From positions 20,350,371-20,414,370 of the forward strand of contig CM119269.1 in NCBI GenBank assembly GCA_051294375.1: 64,000 nt of DNA, written 5' to 3'. Below the pieces are notes generated by a model that searched no databases, had not been told where the DNA came from, and saw only the letters and a program-made list of their open reading frames with translations. This stretch comes from Paraspadella gotoi. Lineage: Eukaryota; Animalia; Chaetognatha. This document shows, one piece after another, positions 1-14,205 of the stretch. The translations under genes and the position numbers were made by a program. The stretch's first letter is position 1, and the number at the start of each line of letters is the position of its first letter.

Positions 1-28
1 ACGAACGAACGAACGAACGAACGAACGA
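1..28. repeat. (ACGA)n microsatellite, truncated by window start
   Basis: acgaacgaacgaacga... read directly. Confidence 0.9.
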
Positions 29-1118
29 CGCAGCGACCTGGCCAACGATTGGTCGGTTGGTCCTCATTTCTCGAGGACTCTCGTTTGATGGCCGCTTCAA
101 GAGTCTCTCAGGAACTCGTGGTTGGCGAGTGGTGGAAGAGGAAGCTGGAAAAAATCGGGAAAATTTTTAAAAATGAAGCTAAAATAAATACAGGTCATTC
201 AAACAAAATTTAAAAAACTAAAGAGGTGTTTTTCATGAGCCAATATCTCATTTACATATAGCAGTATGTGACAGAAACGTTAGAATTCCGTCCTTGCGAT
301 TTTTCTTTGTAATTTTGGTTAAAATTTTATGGTGAAAATAATTATTACAGAAATATCCACACGTGAGTTTTTGAAATTTTGTGGAACCTCTAATCATTTA
401 AGTAAGTTTTGAGTAAGTTTAGAATTTATTTGATTTTTACAAATGCTTAAATTTTTCTATTTCTGCATTGCTTCAGTGACTATTATCAGTACCCACTACC
501 CTTCATGACAATATTTCTGGACGACTCATTCCGAGACCGGGTGTAAAGTTTCGCCAATCATGAGAGAGTCGCCACAACTTCATCTTCTATCTTATCCTCA
601 AGACTTTATGGTGCCGTTGGTTCGTTATCGATTAACTGATTCATAAAAGGGGAAAAATGCTCGAAATTTTCCACCTTTAAAGTTTTAGCAATTTTTTTTA
701 TAATTGTATTTTGTTAATATACTTCTATCGCTGACAGCGATTCGCTGTGCGATAACCGAACAATTTTTATTTTTTCATTCGCTGTTGATTTCTTTTATCG
801 TTGACGTTCCTTTTTTTTGGTTTTCTTTTAGGTTTCCTCAATAATCGGACGACGCGCGCCTGACCCGCGTCCGACGCGCGGTTGCCACGCGTTCGCCACG
901 CATCTGCTACGTGATCTCTACGCTCCCGCCCCGCCCCCTGCGAACGATCTTCAATTAAAAAAACAATAAAAAAAATTATACAATTTCTAAAGTTTTTTCA
1001 AAAAAATATCTTGACAATTAAAAGCAATGAAGGCTCTCACACTTCTTCAGTAGAACCCAGATAAATTTTCTCGGAAACTCTTCAAGTCCTTACCCCCCCC
1101 CCTTCCGCATTGAACAAA

Positions 1119-1883
1119 ATGGCGGCTTCGGCTCCTTTTAACAACAACGTCCTCGCGTCGCCGCTGAAAGTCAATCCACAGATTCAGCGAATTCAGCCTC
1201 AAAAACTGCAGATTCAGATCTCCCTTCAACAGCAACAGCAACAGCAACAACAACAACAACGAGCGATGGGCGACTTCGGTTTGACTGATCAGCTGGCGAC
1301 GGTGGACGACGACGACGAAATTATGGCCGGTGAGTTCAGCGAGCGAATCGATGTTGTCACAGTAATTCCGTCTATTTTTTCCTTAAAAATAACATTATTC
1401 TAAATTGGCAAATGAAAAAACAAATTATTTAACCTTCCATCATTTTTAGGCGGCGGTGACGTCGGGTTTTCCTCCGGCTTTTCCGATCCCGATTCGGCAA
1501 CCACTCGCGCCATCTCTCAGGGATTGGGCGCCGCGCCGCGGACGCCCGGCTCCGCGCATTTGGCTTCCGCGACCGCGGGCACAGCTTCCGGCGCCCTCAG
1601 CGCCAACGCTTCCTTCAACGATTCTTTGGCCGAATCGTCGTTCGGATTCGAGAGTTCCTTCGAAACGACTGGGAACACGACTTACATGAGCAACACCACC
1701 GCAGGTAGGAATCCTTTTGGGTCAGTTCCGTTCGTCAATTTCAACTAATAAACTAATCAATCTATGAATCACTTAATCAGTCAATTAATCAATAAAAAAA
1801 GAGAATAAAGTGTTTGTGTACAAGGAGGAAAGAAAAGCAAAGTAATGAATCAATGAAACAATGAATGAATCAATGAATCAATA

Positions 1884-1922
<39 letters not shown>

Positions 1923-3873
1923 CAGTTAATCAATCAATCAATTTCCAAATATCACCCCCTCAATTTAGAAATATCCCTCGACGATCCCGAGCCCAACGAG
2001 AACGAGGAGAAGAAGCCCAAGAAGAGGGGGCCCAAGAAGAAGCCCATGACGCCGGCGCGGGTGGAGAAGTTCAAGGTCAGGCGGGTGAAGGCCAACACGA
2101 GGGAGAGGTCGAGGATGCACGGGCTCAACGACGCGTTGGACACGTTGCGACAGGTGGGCAGAGGGGGTGAGAGGGATATATTGAGAGAGGATTAAATGGG
2201 GGTGGGGTAAATATATATAGAACTTTCAGTAAAGGGATTAGGAGATTGTGAAAGCCGAAATGGCTTCTGTTTTTTTGGGTTTTTTTTAGATTGTTAAGAT
2301 GAAAAATTTAAAAATTATACATAGAACTTAATCTTCAAAATGAAGATAAACAGACGATTTCGTTTCAAATTTTAACTTCGTTTTAACTTCGTTTATTTGA
2401 CATTTAAAATCGTATTCAACTCCGTCTCAGGTGATCCCCGGCAGCTTCTCTTCGGCCCAGAAACTTTCCAAGATCGAGACCCTCCGCCTGGCGAAGAACT
2501 ACATCGCCGCCCTCTCCCAAATCCTCGCCCGCGACGAAGAACCGGACATGGTGGACTTTGCCCAGACTCTCTGTCGCGGCCTCTCGCAGAACACCGTCAA
2601 TCTCATCGCCAGCGTGCTGCAGATCAATCCCCGCTCCGTCATGTCGGCCGCGGCGGTGGCGGAAGGCTTCGGCGGCGGCGTCGATGGATTCGTCGGCGGC
2701 TACGTCGGCGCCGGATCGTCCGACGGACCCATGGACGTCTCCATGATGAGCGAACATCCGGGCGACATTTCGGTGGACACGACGATGCGATCCGACGCCG
2801 GATTCGACGCCGGTTTCTACTACGACGCCGGCGCCGGCGGAGACGCGACTTTCGTCAGTGGCGTAGGGGTCGCTGGGTCGACAACGCCGACAACAATGCC
2901 ACAAGATGGCGTCGTGTCGAGAACAATGGGCGCCGTCGTTCCCTCCATGACTTACATGACCCCGTCCCCTTCCGATCAGGCGTCGGGCGACGCCGCGTGT
3001 CGATCGCCGGCGCTGATGTCCGTTTCTACCGGCGCCGGCGGCGTCATTCCCGCTTACGCCGCGCACATCCTTGCGTCGCCGAGTTCGCGCGCGCTCAATT
3101 TTGCCGGAAGTCAAAACGGCGCCTCGTCTCATCCTCCTCTTTCCCATCCCGTCGTCTTTGGCAACGGCGCCGCTCAATCTCTTCAAGAGGGCGCGTCGTT
3201 ACCTCCGCTCACGAAATCAGCGTTCCTCTCCCAAAATCATCTTCAACATCTCCATCAAAATCCTCAACATCATTTTCAACATCAAAATCCTCAATCGTTC
3301 TCCGGCGATCGACTCATAGGTGGCGCCTCGATTCGTGGCGCCGGTATCTCCGTTCCATCGTCGTCGGAGATGGCGCCGCGGACGCCGATGCATCCCTACG
3401 GCGGCGCCTCGCCATCGCCCCACATCTTGACCCCGCCGCTAGGGCACGGCGAGGGCTCGTCCGCGGGGGCGTTGCTGTTTCCAGCGTCAACGACGACGAC
3501 GACAACGACAGCATTTAACTCATCGTCCTCTTCCTCTTCCTCCTGCTCTTCTTCATCCTCTTCCTCCTCCGCAGCCTCTAGAATTCTCCTCGACGGACCC
3601 CAACCCTCCCCGGAAGCCCTCGAACACGCCCTCGCTTCCTTCGACCCGCCCCCGACTCTGCCCCGCGTCAGCCTCGACGGAACGCTCGGGGGAGGCCACC
3701 CCGGCGGCCATCTCGATCTGGGGCTGGACCGACTAGAGTCGTCGGCGGAAGACTTCGCCAAGTTTCTCCCCGCGGACGGAGCGTTTGAGGGTGTGACGGA
3801 TTTGAAGCCGGCGTTCGTGGATATCCAAGCGGCGTTGGGGGGAGGGGGAAAATTGGGGAGAGGGGGTAGGTGA
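1119..3873 (+). CDS. NeuroD: NeuroD-family (Atonal superfamily) bHLH transcription factor; exons 1119-1329, 1450-1704, 1969-2153, 2431-3873; ~697 aa
   Basis: All introns GT-AG with phases that join in frame (2094 nt total). Exons 3-4 give [45 protein letters not shown]|[32 protein letters not shown] followed by the NeuroD-specific post-bHLH block [30 protein letters not shown]. The bHLH call is firm; start codon and exons 1-2 are inferred. Confidence 0.93.
1846..1941. repeat. (AATC/AATG)n intronic microsatellite in NeuroD intron 2
   Basis: aatcaatcaatc... tandem units. Confidence 0.85.
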
Positions 3874-4957
3874 ATGGGGAGAGAAAAAATGGAGGGAAAG
3901 TTTAAAAGGAAACAGAAAATAGACTCGTGAGAAAGGAAAATAAATACTACCAGAGATTATTATGAAAAAAAGAATATCAAGAGGGAAACGTAAGAGGTAA
4001 ACAATTTCTAAGAGAATATCATGAGAATGAGAATCCAAGAATACCATAATCCTACCGGAATGCCATGAGAGGTGACATCCCAGTTCGATTTTTTTTAACG
4101 AGGATATTAAAGGTGAAATGTTATAATGGCCGAAATATTTGGCCTGATCAATCGATCCCAAAAGAAATCATGTTTTTTGTCCTCAATACAAAACGATAGG
4201 AATTTTTATTAATTTTATTAATTTTAGTAATTTTTATTAATCGCACTTTTAACGTTTATGATTTCATAAAATAGACAAATAGAACAACATCATTTCGTTA
4301 CGTATTATTCTTTTCTTTCTTTTTTTCAACATGTTTTGAATAAAATTGCCTACTATAGAGCAATGGCTAATCTTCGATCCGCCTTATTGTGCCTCCACGC
4401 TGTCATAAATGTGAGACGATGCATATCTCGTGAAATGACGGACAATGATAAGTGAAAACTATTCATATCTCGTGATATACGATTTTTAGGAAACAGTCAT
4501 TCGATTTTTTTTTTTCAAAAAAGTTTGTTGATGTTTATTTTTGCCTGAAATTCCCTTTTCCCAAATTTTATACAGTTTATTAATAGCATGATTCGAACAT
4601 GATATGTTTTATTCATGGTGAAAGTTTTCCTCAGTTTTTTGGCTAATCGAATTCGTCGTTATTTATTATCCACTCCAACAAGTTCACACACTACTTTTTT
4701 TAACCGATACTTTGCACGATAAGTACATCGACCATTTGTAAATATACATTTCGTATAACGACTCATTTTCATTAATCATTGTTTATCAATATGCTAACAA
4801 CATGCATTGACTGTCAAATTGCTCGCCAAATAAAATCTAAAAAAAAAAATCTTTTAAGCACTTATTTTGCCTTTTATCAAAAATTGAAGATAAAGCGTAT
4901 GAGATCATCAAAATCTTTAGTATAACTAATTATTACGAAAATGACCTGAAAATATTT

Positions 4958-4982
4958 NNNNNNNNNNNNNNNNNNNNNNNNN
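4958..4982. other. Assembly gap of 25 N (other exact 25-N gaps: 15228-15252, 17580-17604, 43746-43770, 45856-45880, 63602-63626; further gaps 14541-14752, 15016-15025, 50790-50799, 52883-52921, 53282-53492)
   Basis: N-runs counted directly. Confidence 0.98.
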
Positions 4983-6309
4983 ATAATTTACTGAAGTCAG
5001 CCAGCAGACCTGCAAGAAAAAAGTTTGGGTTATGATTAATTGTTTGGTTTTCCCTTTATTAATAATATATATTATAAGAATTATAAGCATGATATTATAA
5101 AAAAATAAAAATCCAAACGGTGCTAAATAAATGCTAAGACAGCAAAAGCGGCCCTTGATCAAAGCTTGAGATAAAAATTTTTAGGTAAGAAATGTAGATT
5201 AGAACGATAATTCAATTCTTTCCTCAATTTTCTAGTTGCTTTATTATTTTGCTGTTGAATAGCTTCTACGACCTCGCACATTTTAGTTAATGAATTTGTT
5301 TTAAGTTAAAAAAATGTCCATAACATTAGATAATCAATAATCAATTAATCAGTAGCATTCAGTACGTGTATTATCGTAATACTGCCTGTATGTAAACTTT
5401 CACAAGCGGGTCCAAGCGTTAGCGCGAGCAATCCGAGACGACCACTCGAAACCACCAGCGCCAGCGCAGAGTCACTCCTGGCGCCAGAGTGCAGCCAAAC
5501 AGATGGCGGACGGGAGGCCAGAATAAACAGGCGCCATCTGTCGCCTCGATTTGAAATTTTAAAACTGGAGACGAAGAGTGGCAAACTAACGCTAACCAAA
5601 TTCTCAGCAAGTGCTCGTTAACAGGTATAATACTAATGCTTTAACCGAACCGACGGCAACCGGAGAGAAGAGAGAGCAGAGGTTATGAGAGAGATAGAAG
5701 AGAGAGAGATGAGAGAGCAGAGAGGAGGACCTCGAGACAGAGCCGACTTGAGGACGAGAGAGAGCGAGAGAGAGAGAGAGACGTAGATCGGTTGAAGAGA
5801 TCTCGAGAGATTGAGTGAACGAGAAGGCAGGAGAGTGAGGAGAGAGATGAGGTTGATTGGTGAGACTGAGAGAGAGAAGAGATAGAAGTTGAAGAGAATA
5901 AACAATAATGTATGTACGTAAAAAAACAAAGGATCGAAAAACGAAAAAAACTACCAAGTGGATCAAATCAACACGACCGGAAAAAAATTGCGAACACGAG
6001 CTTCGATCACAACCTATTCTCACGCTTCTAAAAATGTTTTTTGTTGTTGGTCTTTTTATGTTGTCTGTTTTTGTATGAGCTTGTGTTTTTCATTGACTGA
6101 AAACGTAAGTTGACTTTCCATTTCGTATCTCGCAGATTTTCCCTGTCTGGTCACAATTTTTTCTGGTCCTTAAATAGAAACTTTTTTTTTTGTCACGATT
6201 TTGATTCACGGAAATTTCGTTTTGTCCATTTTTCATAATCGATTCACATCTTTTTTGGTAATTAACAGCCCAACAAAAAATAAACAAAAAATAATACGTA
6301 TTTTTTAAA

Positions 6310-9100
6310 ATTCTAACAATAAATAGAAAGAGAAAAGAAAATATAACAGGGATAATAATAAAGCTTAAGAAAGAAAAGACAAAAAAAAGAGGAAAAGAAG
6401 AAGGGAAAGAAAGGGAAAAAAAGGAGGGGGGGAGAGAAATAAGAGGGGGGAGAAAGACAAGAGGAAGGAGAGGGAAAGTGTGGGAGGAAAAAAGAAAGGG
6501 AGGAGGAGGCGGGGGAACGGGAAGAGAAGAAGAAAGAGGAAAGAACAAATTAATAAAAAAGGAAAGAAAGGAAAAGAAAAGAAGAAAGAAGAAGAAGAAA
6601 AGAAAGAAGAAAGAAAAAGGTGAAAAAAAAAAGGAGAAGAAAAAGAAGGGAAAAAGGAGAGGAAAAGAAAGGGGAAAAGAAAGAAGAAAAAGAGTCGAAG
6701 AAAAAAAGAGAGAAAAAAAAAGGGGAAGAGGGAAGGAAGAGAAGAAAATTAAAGAAAGGAAACGAAGAAGAAAGTAAAAGAAAGAAAGGGGAGAAGGAAA
6801 AAAGAAAGAGGAAGAAAGAAAGAGAAAAAGGGAGAGAGAAAATAAAAAGGAAAAAGGAGTAAAAAGGAAGAAAAAAGAAGGGGAAAACAGAAAGAAAAGA
6901 AGGAAGAAGGAAGAAAAAGGAGCAAAAGAGAAAGAAAGAAAAAAAAAAGAGAAAAAAAAAAAGAAGGGAATAAAGCGATTGAAAGAAATAAAACCGAACA
7001 GATAGAAGAGAAAGAAAAGAAAGAAGAAGGAAGAAAAAAAGAAAAAGATTAAAAATAACAAGGAAAAATGATAAACCTGCACGAAGGGAAGGAAAAAGGC
7101 AGCAAAAAAAAAGAAGAAAAAAAGAGAGACACGACGCAGTACCAAGCCATAAGAAAATGGGAGTAATAACGATGACGTCAAAATAGAACAGAATCGAAGA
7201 ATCTCAGACAGTGAAAGAAAAACGAAACATGTAGAGAGACTAAGGTAAGGATAAGAAGCGAAGGGCAATTAGAGAGGAATAGACCAAACAGACAAAAAAA
7301 ACGAGAAAAAGAGAAAGAAACAGAAGCTCAAACGAGGACAAACGAGGAGAAGAGAAAGTAAAGGAAAAGAAAAGAAATCCAGAAGAGAAGGAGAAGTGGG
7401 AGGGCGGGGGAAAAAGACAGACGGAAAGACAAGTCTAACAGAGGGGTTATAGATATAAAGAATCCTTAATGAGTAAATAGATAAAAGAAATAAGAAGGGG
7501 AATGCGCACGGGACTACACATATAGCAAAACAGGCCGCAGAGAGCGACTATGAAAAGGAGATGCACTCCCTTACATGAGGCTAATATCAGCTCGAATCCA
7601 ATGAGCAGTTCTGAGCGTAGGAGTGAAGCAAAAAGGAGGAAAGGGAGAGAAACAAGGATGAGAAAGGCGGACGACCCGGTTCGGAATCGGCGAGGATTCG
7701 TGCGAAGTGCGCAAACGTGCGGAAACCACCCTAGAAGAGTCACAGCGGAACGGAGACGAGAAAGGGGAAGAAACGGGGGGACGAAGAACGTCACAAGGAA
7801 CCGGAGAGACCAAAAGGAAAGGCACAGCGACAGACAGCACGCCCACCGCGACCACAGCCCCCGGAAACAAATGCCAAGCGGGGGAGCGCCGACCGACGAG
7901 CCAGAAGACATATCACCGGGCCAACGCCCGCAGCAGCCGACACAAGAGGGAGGGAATGATCAAAAGGGAAGAGAGAGAGAATGAATAGAGAGCACACGTG
8001 GACGAGAGAGAAGTAGATGGAAACAGAAGCCGCGAGAGGAAAGGAACAGCCATAACTACACCACTGAAAAGAATGACATACAATGAAAAAACAGTGGACA
8101 GAAAAGTAGCAACACAGGCCAATGGAAAAGTCGCACCCGTATCACGACACAGGAAGAAGATAAAGAATAATGGAGACAACGAGAATAAGACATGCGCGGC
8201 GTCAAGGAAAGAGAAAGAGAAAGAAAAGGAAAGGAGAAAGTAAGAAAAGAGAAAAGAAATAACATATTGAATAGAGATGCAAATGAAAAGGAAAGTACGA
8301 AAGAAAGAAAAAGAATCAAAAAAGACGAGGAAGACAAGAAGAGAAAGACAGATAAGAAAGTGAGGATAACCAGCGACAAGAAAGAAAAAGCAGAAAAGAA
8401 AGAGAAGAATTGAAGAAAGAAAGATAAGAGACCACTTTTTGAAATTGAAATAAAATGAAAGGAAAGAAAGAAAGATAATTGAAACGTACGTAACATTACA
8501 AAACAACATAAGTGTTTTAAAGCAATGAGGGAAAAAAATGACAATCGGAGACAGTAGGGGAGGTGAACAGACAAAAGGGACCAATAAGATGGAGGAGATG
8601 ATATCTAATCTATTCCTGTTGATTGGAATGGGCAGGGGCTTAGGAGAAGGGACTGAGATCTTGATGTTGCATACAGAAAAGGGGCGGCCCGGGAATAGAG
8701 AAAAAAGCAGGCCCGGGAAGGGGTTGCAGGTTAGAGAAGCAGGGAGAGGGGTGCGGTATAGAGACGCAGATGGGAACCAGGCCCGTGGGAGAGGAGGGAC
8801 GTGAAAGATGAAAAAAACTAAGAAAGTTTCAGGATTTAAACAGGAGGGATTCCTTCGGACGAAGGCAGCGACGTTGAGCGGACGACACATTGAAGGCGTC
8901 GAGAAGATAGAGAGAAACAGAGAGAGGAATAGGGAGTACGAAAGGGATGCTGGCAGAGACATTTCAGAAAAGAAGAGAGACGAGAGAGAGGAGAGAACGG
9001 AGCAAAAAGAGGAGAGGAAAGAGGCAAGAGAGAGAACACGAAAGAGGACGGAGCCGAGAGAGGGAGAGAAGAGAAGTGGCGAAAGAAAGAAGAGGTAGAA
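6310..9100. repeat. A/G-rich low-complexity tract without a fixed unit; corresponds to a much shorter tract at ~15750-16570
   Basis: Largely A/G on the + strand; the ORFs it yields are F/L/S- or K/E/R-only. Confidence 0.8.
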
Positions 9101-12100
9101 TCGCCGAAAGAAAAGTCCCGTCCAGGGACAGCTCGTGTCTAGGGCATCATGCCGGGGCGGTGCCATACTGGAGAGAGCTCGCGGAGAGGAGAACCATGAG
9201 GACAGCGCCGACGCAGGCGGCGGCGAACCCGCGAGAAGACGAAGTATCCCGTGATCAGGCGTCCCAGCACGGCGCGTGAACCTTCAGACGGCGCGGCTGA
9301 TGCCCACTAACGCAGAGGAGAAGCTTTGTAGACGTGTGGAGGTGACACGAGCGCCGTGATGGTGCGGCCCTCGACTCCCCGTCGAGGCCACACGGTAGGA
9401 CGACTACACAAAGACAGTACGAACGCCGCAGCTAACCAGTCCATATGTGATCTGACCATGCAAAACCAGAAAGTCCAGCGCCAAACAGCTCCTAAATCCG
9501 TACTGAAACGAAATAGACCCCACCCCAAACCGACCGCAACACCCAGCCTCACCGCACCCCCACCGCGCACTGCCAACGCTCTTCGACCGCACCCACCCCC
9601 TCGGCTGAGACCAAAACCCCACAACCCCCACCCCCCTCAGCCCAAGCCTCCCCTCCCCCCGCTCGCAACTCACACTAAAAATTTGCAAATAAACTCATAT
9701 GAAAAACTAAAAAGAAAAACACATACAAAACGAACAACCAAAAAGTCAATGCAAAAACACTGCCCCTGTAACAACAAACACATCCATAAAAAAACAAAAC
9801 AAAAATAGAAACAAACAAACAACGACCCAAACTACCACACACTAGAAGTACAGTGCTGACTCTCAACGCTCTGCTATGACCCCGACCAATGGCAAGGTAC
9901 AAACTACCTGCAGAAATAGATCCATACCTACCATCCCACAAAGAACCGGTGGACGCACGCGACTAGAAGAGAGAAGAGAGAGCGGTGGAGAGCGTTGACC
10001 ACGATCTAGCCGTAATCCCACAATCGGGCGCGGAGCGTCATCGGCCCGGGCCGGGCGCACGACGAGGACTACGGCCGGAAAAGACGCGACAGAGAAACCC
10101 ATTCGACTTCTTCCCGGCTTTAAATTACGCCGTCGAACAAATCTTTAAATTTCTTTGAAAAAGACGCGCCGGGCAGTGATGGGCTAGTCGAGCCGGCCCC
10201 CAAGGCCCAGTTGATCGGCGGGAGCAGCGAAAATTATGGCCGGTCAAGTGATGTGGCGAGGGGGTCGCCATGAGTAAAGAGTGGATAGGGAAGAGTCTTC
10301 GTTGCGGACAAGAAAGATTTTCCCACAGCGGGAGGAAACGGTCTCGCCCGCGCACAAACTGCTTGTATTTGTTGTTCTTTGTCAGGTCCCAAGCTTCGTT
10401 CACGTTTCGGTCAATCGCGTCTGGAAAAGTCTTCGTGTAACGGGACGCCTATATCATTACCGGTCCTTTACCATATTCATCAGATCGGAAGTAAACTATT
10501 GAAATGTATATCTTGGCAAAATGTAAGGAAATACAAAAAAAAATGCAGAAATGAGAACTGAAAGGTGCGGCAATCAGTATTTTGTAATTAAATAACATTA
10601 CTTCACGGCTGTGATTTTTTTTTGGGGGTTTATTTCGTATTTTCTTAACTTTTTGAGTAATCTTTTTTTTGTTTATCGCTTGGCTTAAATGTCACCTACG
10701 AATATTAAAGAAATTGAAATCATAAGCTTTAATCCCACAAACGTCCTTTTCAACCCCGAATCTTGCGACAGCAACCACAAATTCCACAAACCAGCCGCAC
10801 CGATTTTTACCCGCGAGGTCACGTCGAAAACTTAAAACCTAAATGAGTCCTTTCGCTCATACCACTCCCCCAAAATGAAGGAAACATTCAGTAAATAGAA
10901 GAGAGTAGAAACGTAGGCGCGATAGGAAATTGAGAAAAGGGAAGGAGAAGGAAAGACAAAAGGAGGAAGAAGAGGGGAATAGGAATGAAGGGATGAAGAA
11001 GGTGGAGAGAGGAGCGAGAGACAGAGAGAGAGAGAGAGGAGAAAGAGAGAGAGAGAGAAGATGAGAAGAAGAGAGAGAAGAAGAAGAGAGAGGAGGGCTG
11101 GATGAGAGAGAGAGATAGAGAGAGAGAGGAGAGAGAAATCTATATAGAAAAATTCTGGTTTTTTATAAAAATTCGCACGATAAAATGAGCAAGCAGACAC
11201 ACGCTGATTTAAGAGGCAATGATAGTACAATGAACAGAAATTCTTCGAAAGAAAGAACACGCAACAAAGAAAGTAATAATGTCTTAAAGTCTAACCTCAA
11301 AAGTAAAATAACTAACAGTCAAAGTAAATAACGTAACAGTAAAGTAAAGAAGAAAAGATAAAAGAAAGATAGAAAAGAAAAGAACGGAGGAAGAAAAGTA
11401 AAGTAAAGAACAGATAGGAGGAAATACAAAATAATAACATGAAAACGTATCACGAAACCATGTATTAAAGAATTAACTTAAATACCTCACGTCACACAAT
11501 ATTCCTTTGAAACATATGGTCAAAGAGATAATTCGCTTTTAAATGAGAGACATTAAATCAATTGTTTAACAATAGGCCCATTTGACTTGTGACAGACCAC
11601 AGCGAACACCCTCGAATTTGTGACGTGAGACAAAATCACGCGTTTTTCATCTTTTTTTTTAACTCTCGAAGGCAAATACGCGTCTGTTTGTCCTTTCGTT
11701 TTTTCTCCTTGGGTCATTTTCGATTTTTTCTTATCTCAATTAGGTATGCGCACTGCGACATACTCATTACGAATTCTTCCGTTTTGTACTAATTTCCGTT
11801 GGTATTTGTCACTTGTGTTGGAAGTTTTTGTTTATATTTTCTGTGTAATTTTTTATATCTATTTAATTATGACCTACTTACAATATAGTATTATAAATTT
11901 CTCATTGGTTTTTTTTTTCTCAAAGCGTTTTTCTTCTTTCCCTCCAAATTCTCCATACTGACACAAATGTATGCAAGTGACTTGACTTAAAGCTCTCGTC
12001 CACAAAGCTATTATCATGACCTCGTTCTCAGAGCTAACTTCTCGGGACGGGCGACAAAGCGAAAAAAACAAAGCAGAATGTTGTTTAAAGAGATTTTAAA

Positions 12101-12767
12101 GGGGTGGGCTATGCTAAGGTAGGGGGAGGGGAAGGGGGAAGGAAAGGTGGAGGGGGGGAGGTGACCAGGCTGTGGCTTGGACTAGCCCATTTGTGTTTGT
12201 TTTTGCCATTCGTATTTTGAGGTGTAATTATCCAAGGGTAACACTGGCACTCCGAAATTGAATTTATTAGATAAGAAAATTAAAGAAGCATATTGATTAA
12301 TAAATAATGTAACTTCCATAAAAAAAAATGAACAGTTAATTTGCAATTATATAATACTTGTTGAGAAAAGTTTTGGTTCCGCTTTGTTTGAAAAAGTTTG
12401 AAACAGTTTGCTAAAACTGAACGACAGAGAGAAGATTTGCCTGACCACAAAAAAAACCACAGGCACATAAATTACTCGAGGACTTTTTCAACGTATAGTT
12501 TTTTTGTTAAGTATACTGGGAATATCGTTTATTTTATTTTTTTTTATTTATTTTTTATTTAAAATTAATTTCATCGTGTGCCCAGTAAAGGCAAAACGAT
12601 TCTTATTGATCTGATAGCTGAACAATCCGAAATAGTAGGTACGATAGTTCTCTTCATGTAGGCTTGTTTTAGTTGACAGTGCAGGAAGTGTAGCAAGCTA
12701 TATAAAAGTAATAAACAAAGAAAGGAAAATCGAATGTAGCAGAAAGCCAAAAAAAAAGAGGAAAAAA

Positions 12768-13192
12768 GTGGATCCCAACTCGAGGCTCCCGGACGCTTTT
12801 GACCCAAGAGGAATTCAAGGTTAAATTCCTCAACGAATACGATTTTCGACTCTGGACTTTGCGACGGCGAACCACATGGTGGAACACAAGACCGGAATCA
12901 GCCTCGATATACCCAACGTCGCCAGACCGCTTTACAACGTCAGTAATTTAGTCATTGTCTTGATTCATTAATTTTATAAAAAAACGATAAAAAAAACATC
13001 TAGATCAATGCGCGAGTCAGTTCCTCTCGGCTCGCCCGCCGTTAAACGGTCTTCTTCATGACCAACTGCCGACCAAACTGAGTCGACGAAAACTCTTGCC
13101 CGAAGAACTCTGGACATCGGGTCGAATCGGAGGTAGTCCGATACGTCTACACGCGTGTTACCGTCTGCGGCTGAGTATATTCAAGCAGAGGT
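12768..13192 (+). pseudogene. Frameshifted exons 1-2 of the HAD-IIA phosphatase (copy A; pseudogene or read error)
   Basis: ggatcccaactcgaggctccc...aaattcctcaacgaatacgat...cttcttcatgaccaactgc matches 29576-29962 with many indels. Confidence 0.75.
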
Positions 13193-13519
13193 GCGAGCTA
13201 GCGACGAGTCAGTTGCGGACAGAGCGAGATCAGTGGCTAATTCGCGTACTTAATTACTTATATTTACTTATATTACTAATAATTACTTATGTCGCGCCGT
13301 TTTGTTGTTACTAGTCGTACAATTTAAAAGCCCATGAAAAATTTCGGCCGTTATATTTAAAGAAATAGTGCAGAAACCTGAGTTTTACGAACTTAAGTAT
13401 TAACAGAACAGTATTAACATAATCCAGAAACAGTACAGTGTAAAAGACTGAAAAGATAAACAAGTAAAAATTAGACCTATTAAAATTCAACAAAACAAAA
13501 GACACTACGTTTCTTACAA

Positions 13520-14205
13520 TAGAGCCAAACTTCGTCCAATGGGAAGTGAGCGTCAGAAGTTTGATGTGGGAACCTCTTCAAATTGAAACTCTCACTACAT
13601 TTCTGATGAAAACCACTTTCAATGGAGCAAAATTTTCTAAAATTGGCTATGACAGCTCATTAGTAAGAATTTTTAATATTGTATTATAGATATGGAAATG
13701 ATCAAAAAAAATTTTTTGAATTTTTCTATTTTTTAAAAAGCGAGTTCACCAATCAGCCCTTTGAAAAGTTATCTATACACAAAGTTATAATTCCTCATTT
13801 TATCTCTATTTTTGATGATAAGTGGAGTTAAAATTTGAGAAAACTCTTAGGAGAAATCGATTCGATTTGATTATCATCATCCGATGATTGCTCCACGTTT
13901 TTACTATATTCTTTTCTCGCAGTTCCCTCAAACACACCATCACAATTTTTAAAAGTTCGTGTAATTACTTTTTTGGCTTAATTTTTAACGTCTCTATCAG
14001 AACTCAATTAAAAAACTTCCAAATTATTAAAAAACACACAATTTTTAACATTTATTAGTAGCAAATCTCCTCCTCACTTAGCGAATTACTTCATGGTTCG
14101 GAACATTTTTGCAAAATAAATATATTTAACACATAATTAAATACCGAATAAATGGCATTTAGTAATGGCTAGTTCCCAATTATATTTGATTTGTCGAGTC
14201 CGCTA
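13520..14205. mobile_element. ~0.69-kb non-autonomous TIR element (hAT-like MITE candidate), inserted in phosphatase intron 2 of copy A
   Basis: Begins tagagccaaacttcgtc, ends ...tttgatttgtcgagtccgcta; same sequence as 18449-19165; the empty site gacactaacgtttaaaatgg is visible at ~30275-30292. Confidence 0.7.

Noticed and set aside
2397-3761. Alternative-frame and antisense ORFs over NeuroD exon 4 (373, 256, 121 aa)
   Set aside because: Shadow ORFs of GC-rich coding sequence; only the 2431 frame carries the bHLH
6090-9166. Long ORFs of 392 aa and 417 aa (-) resembling multi-pass membrane proteins, and K/E/R-rich ORFs (+)
   Set aside because: By-products of a stop-poor purine tract; no domain motifs, and the matching region at 15.7-16.6 kb is much shorter
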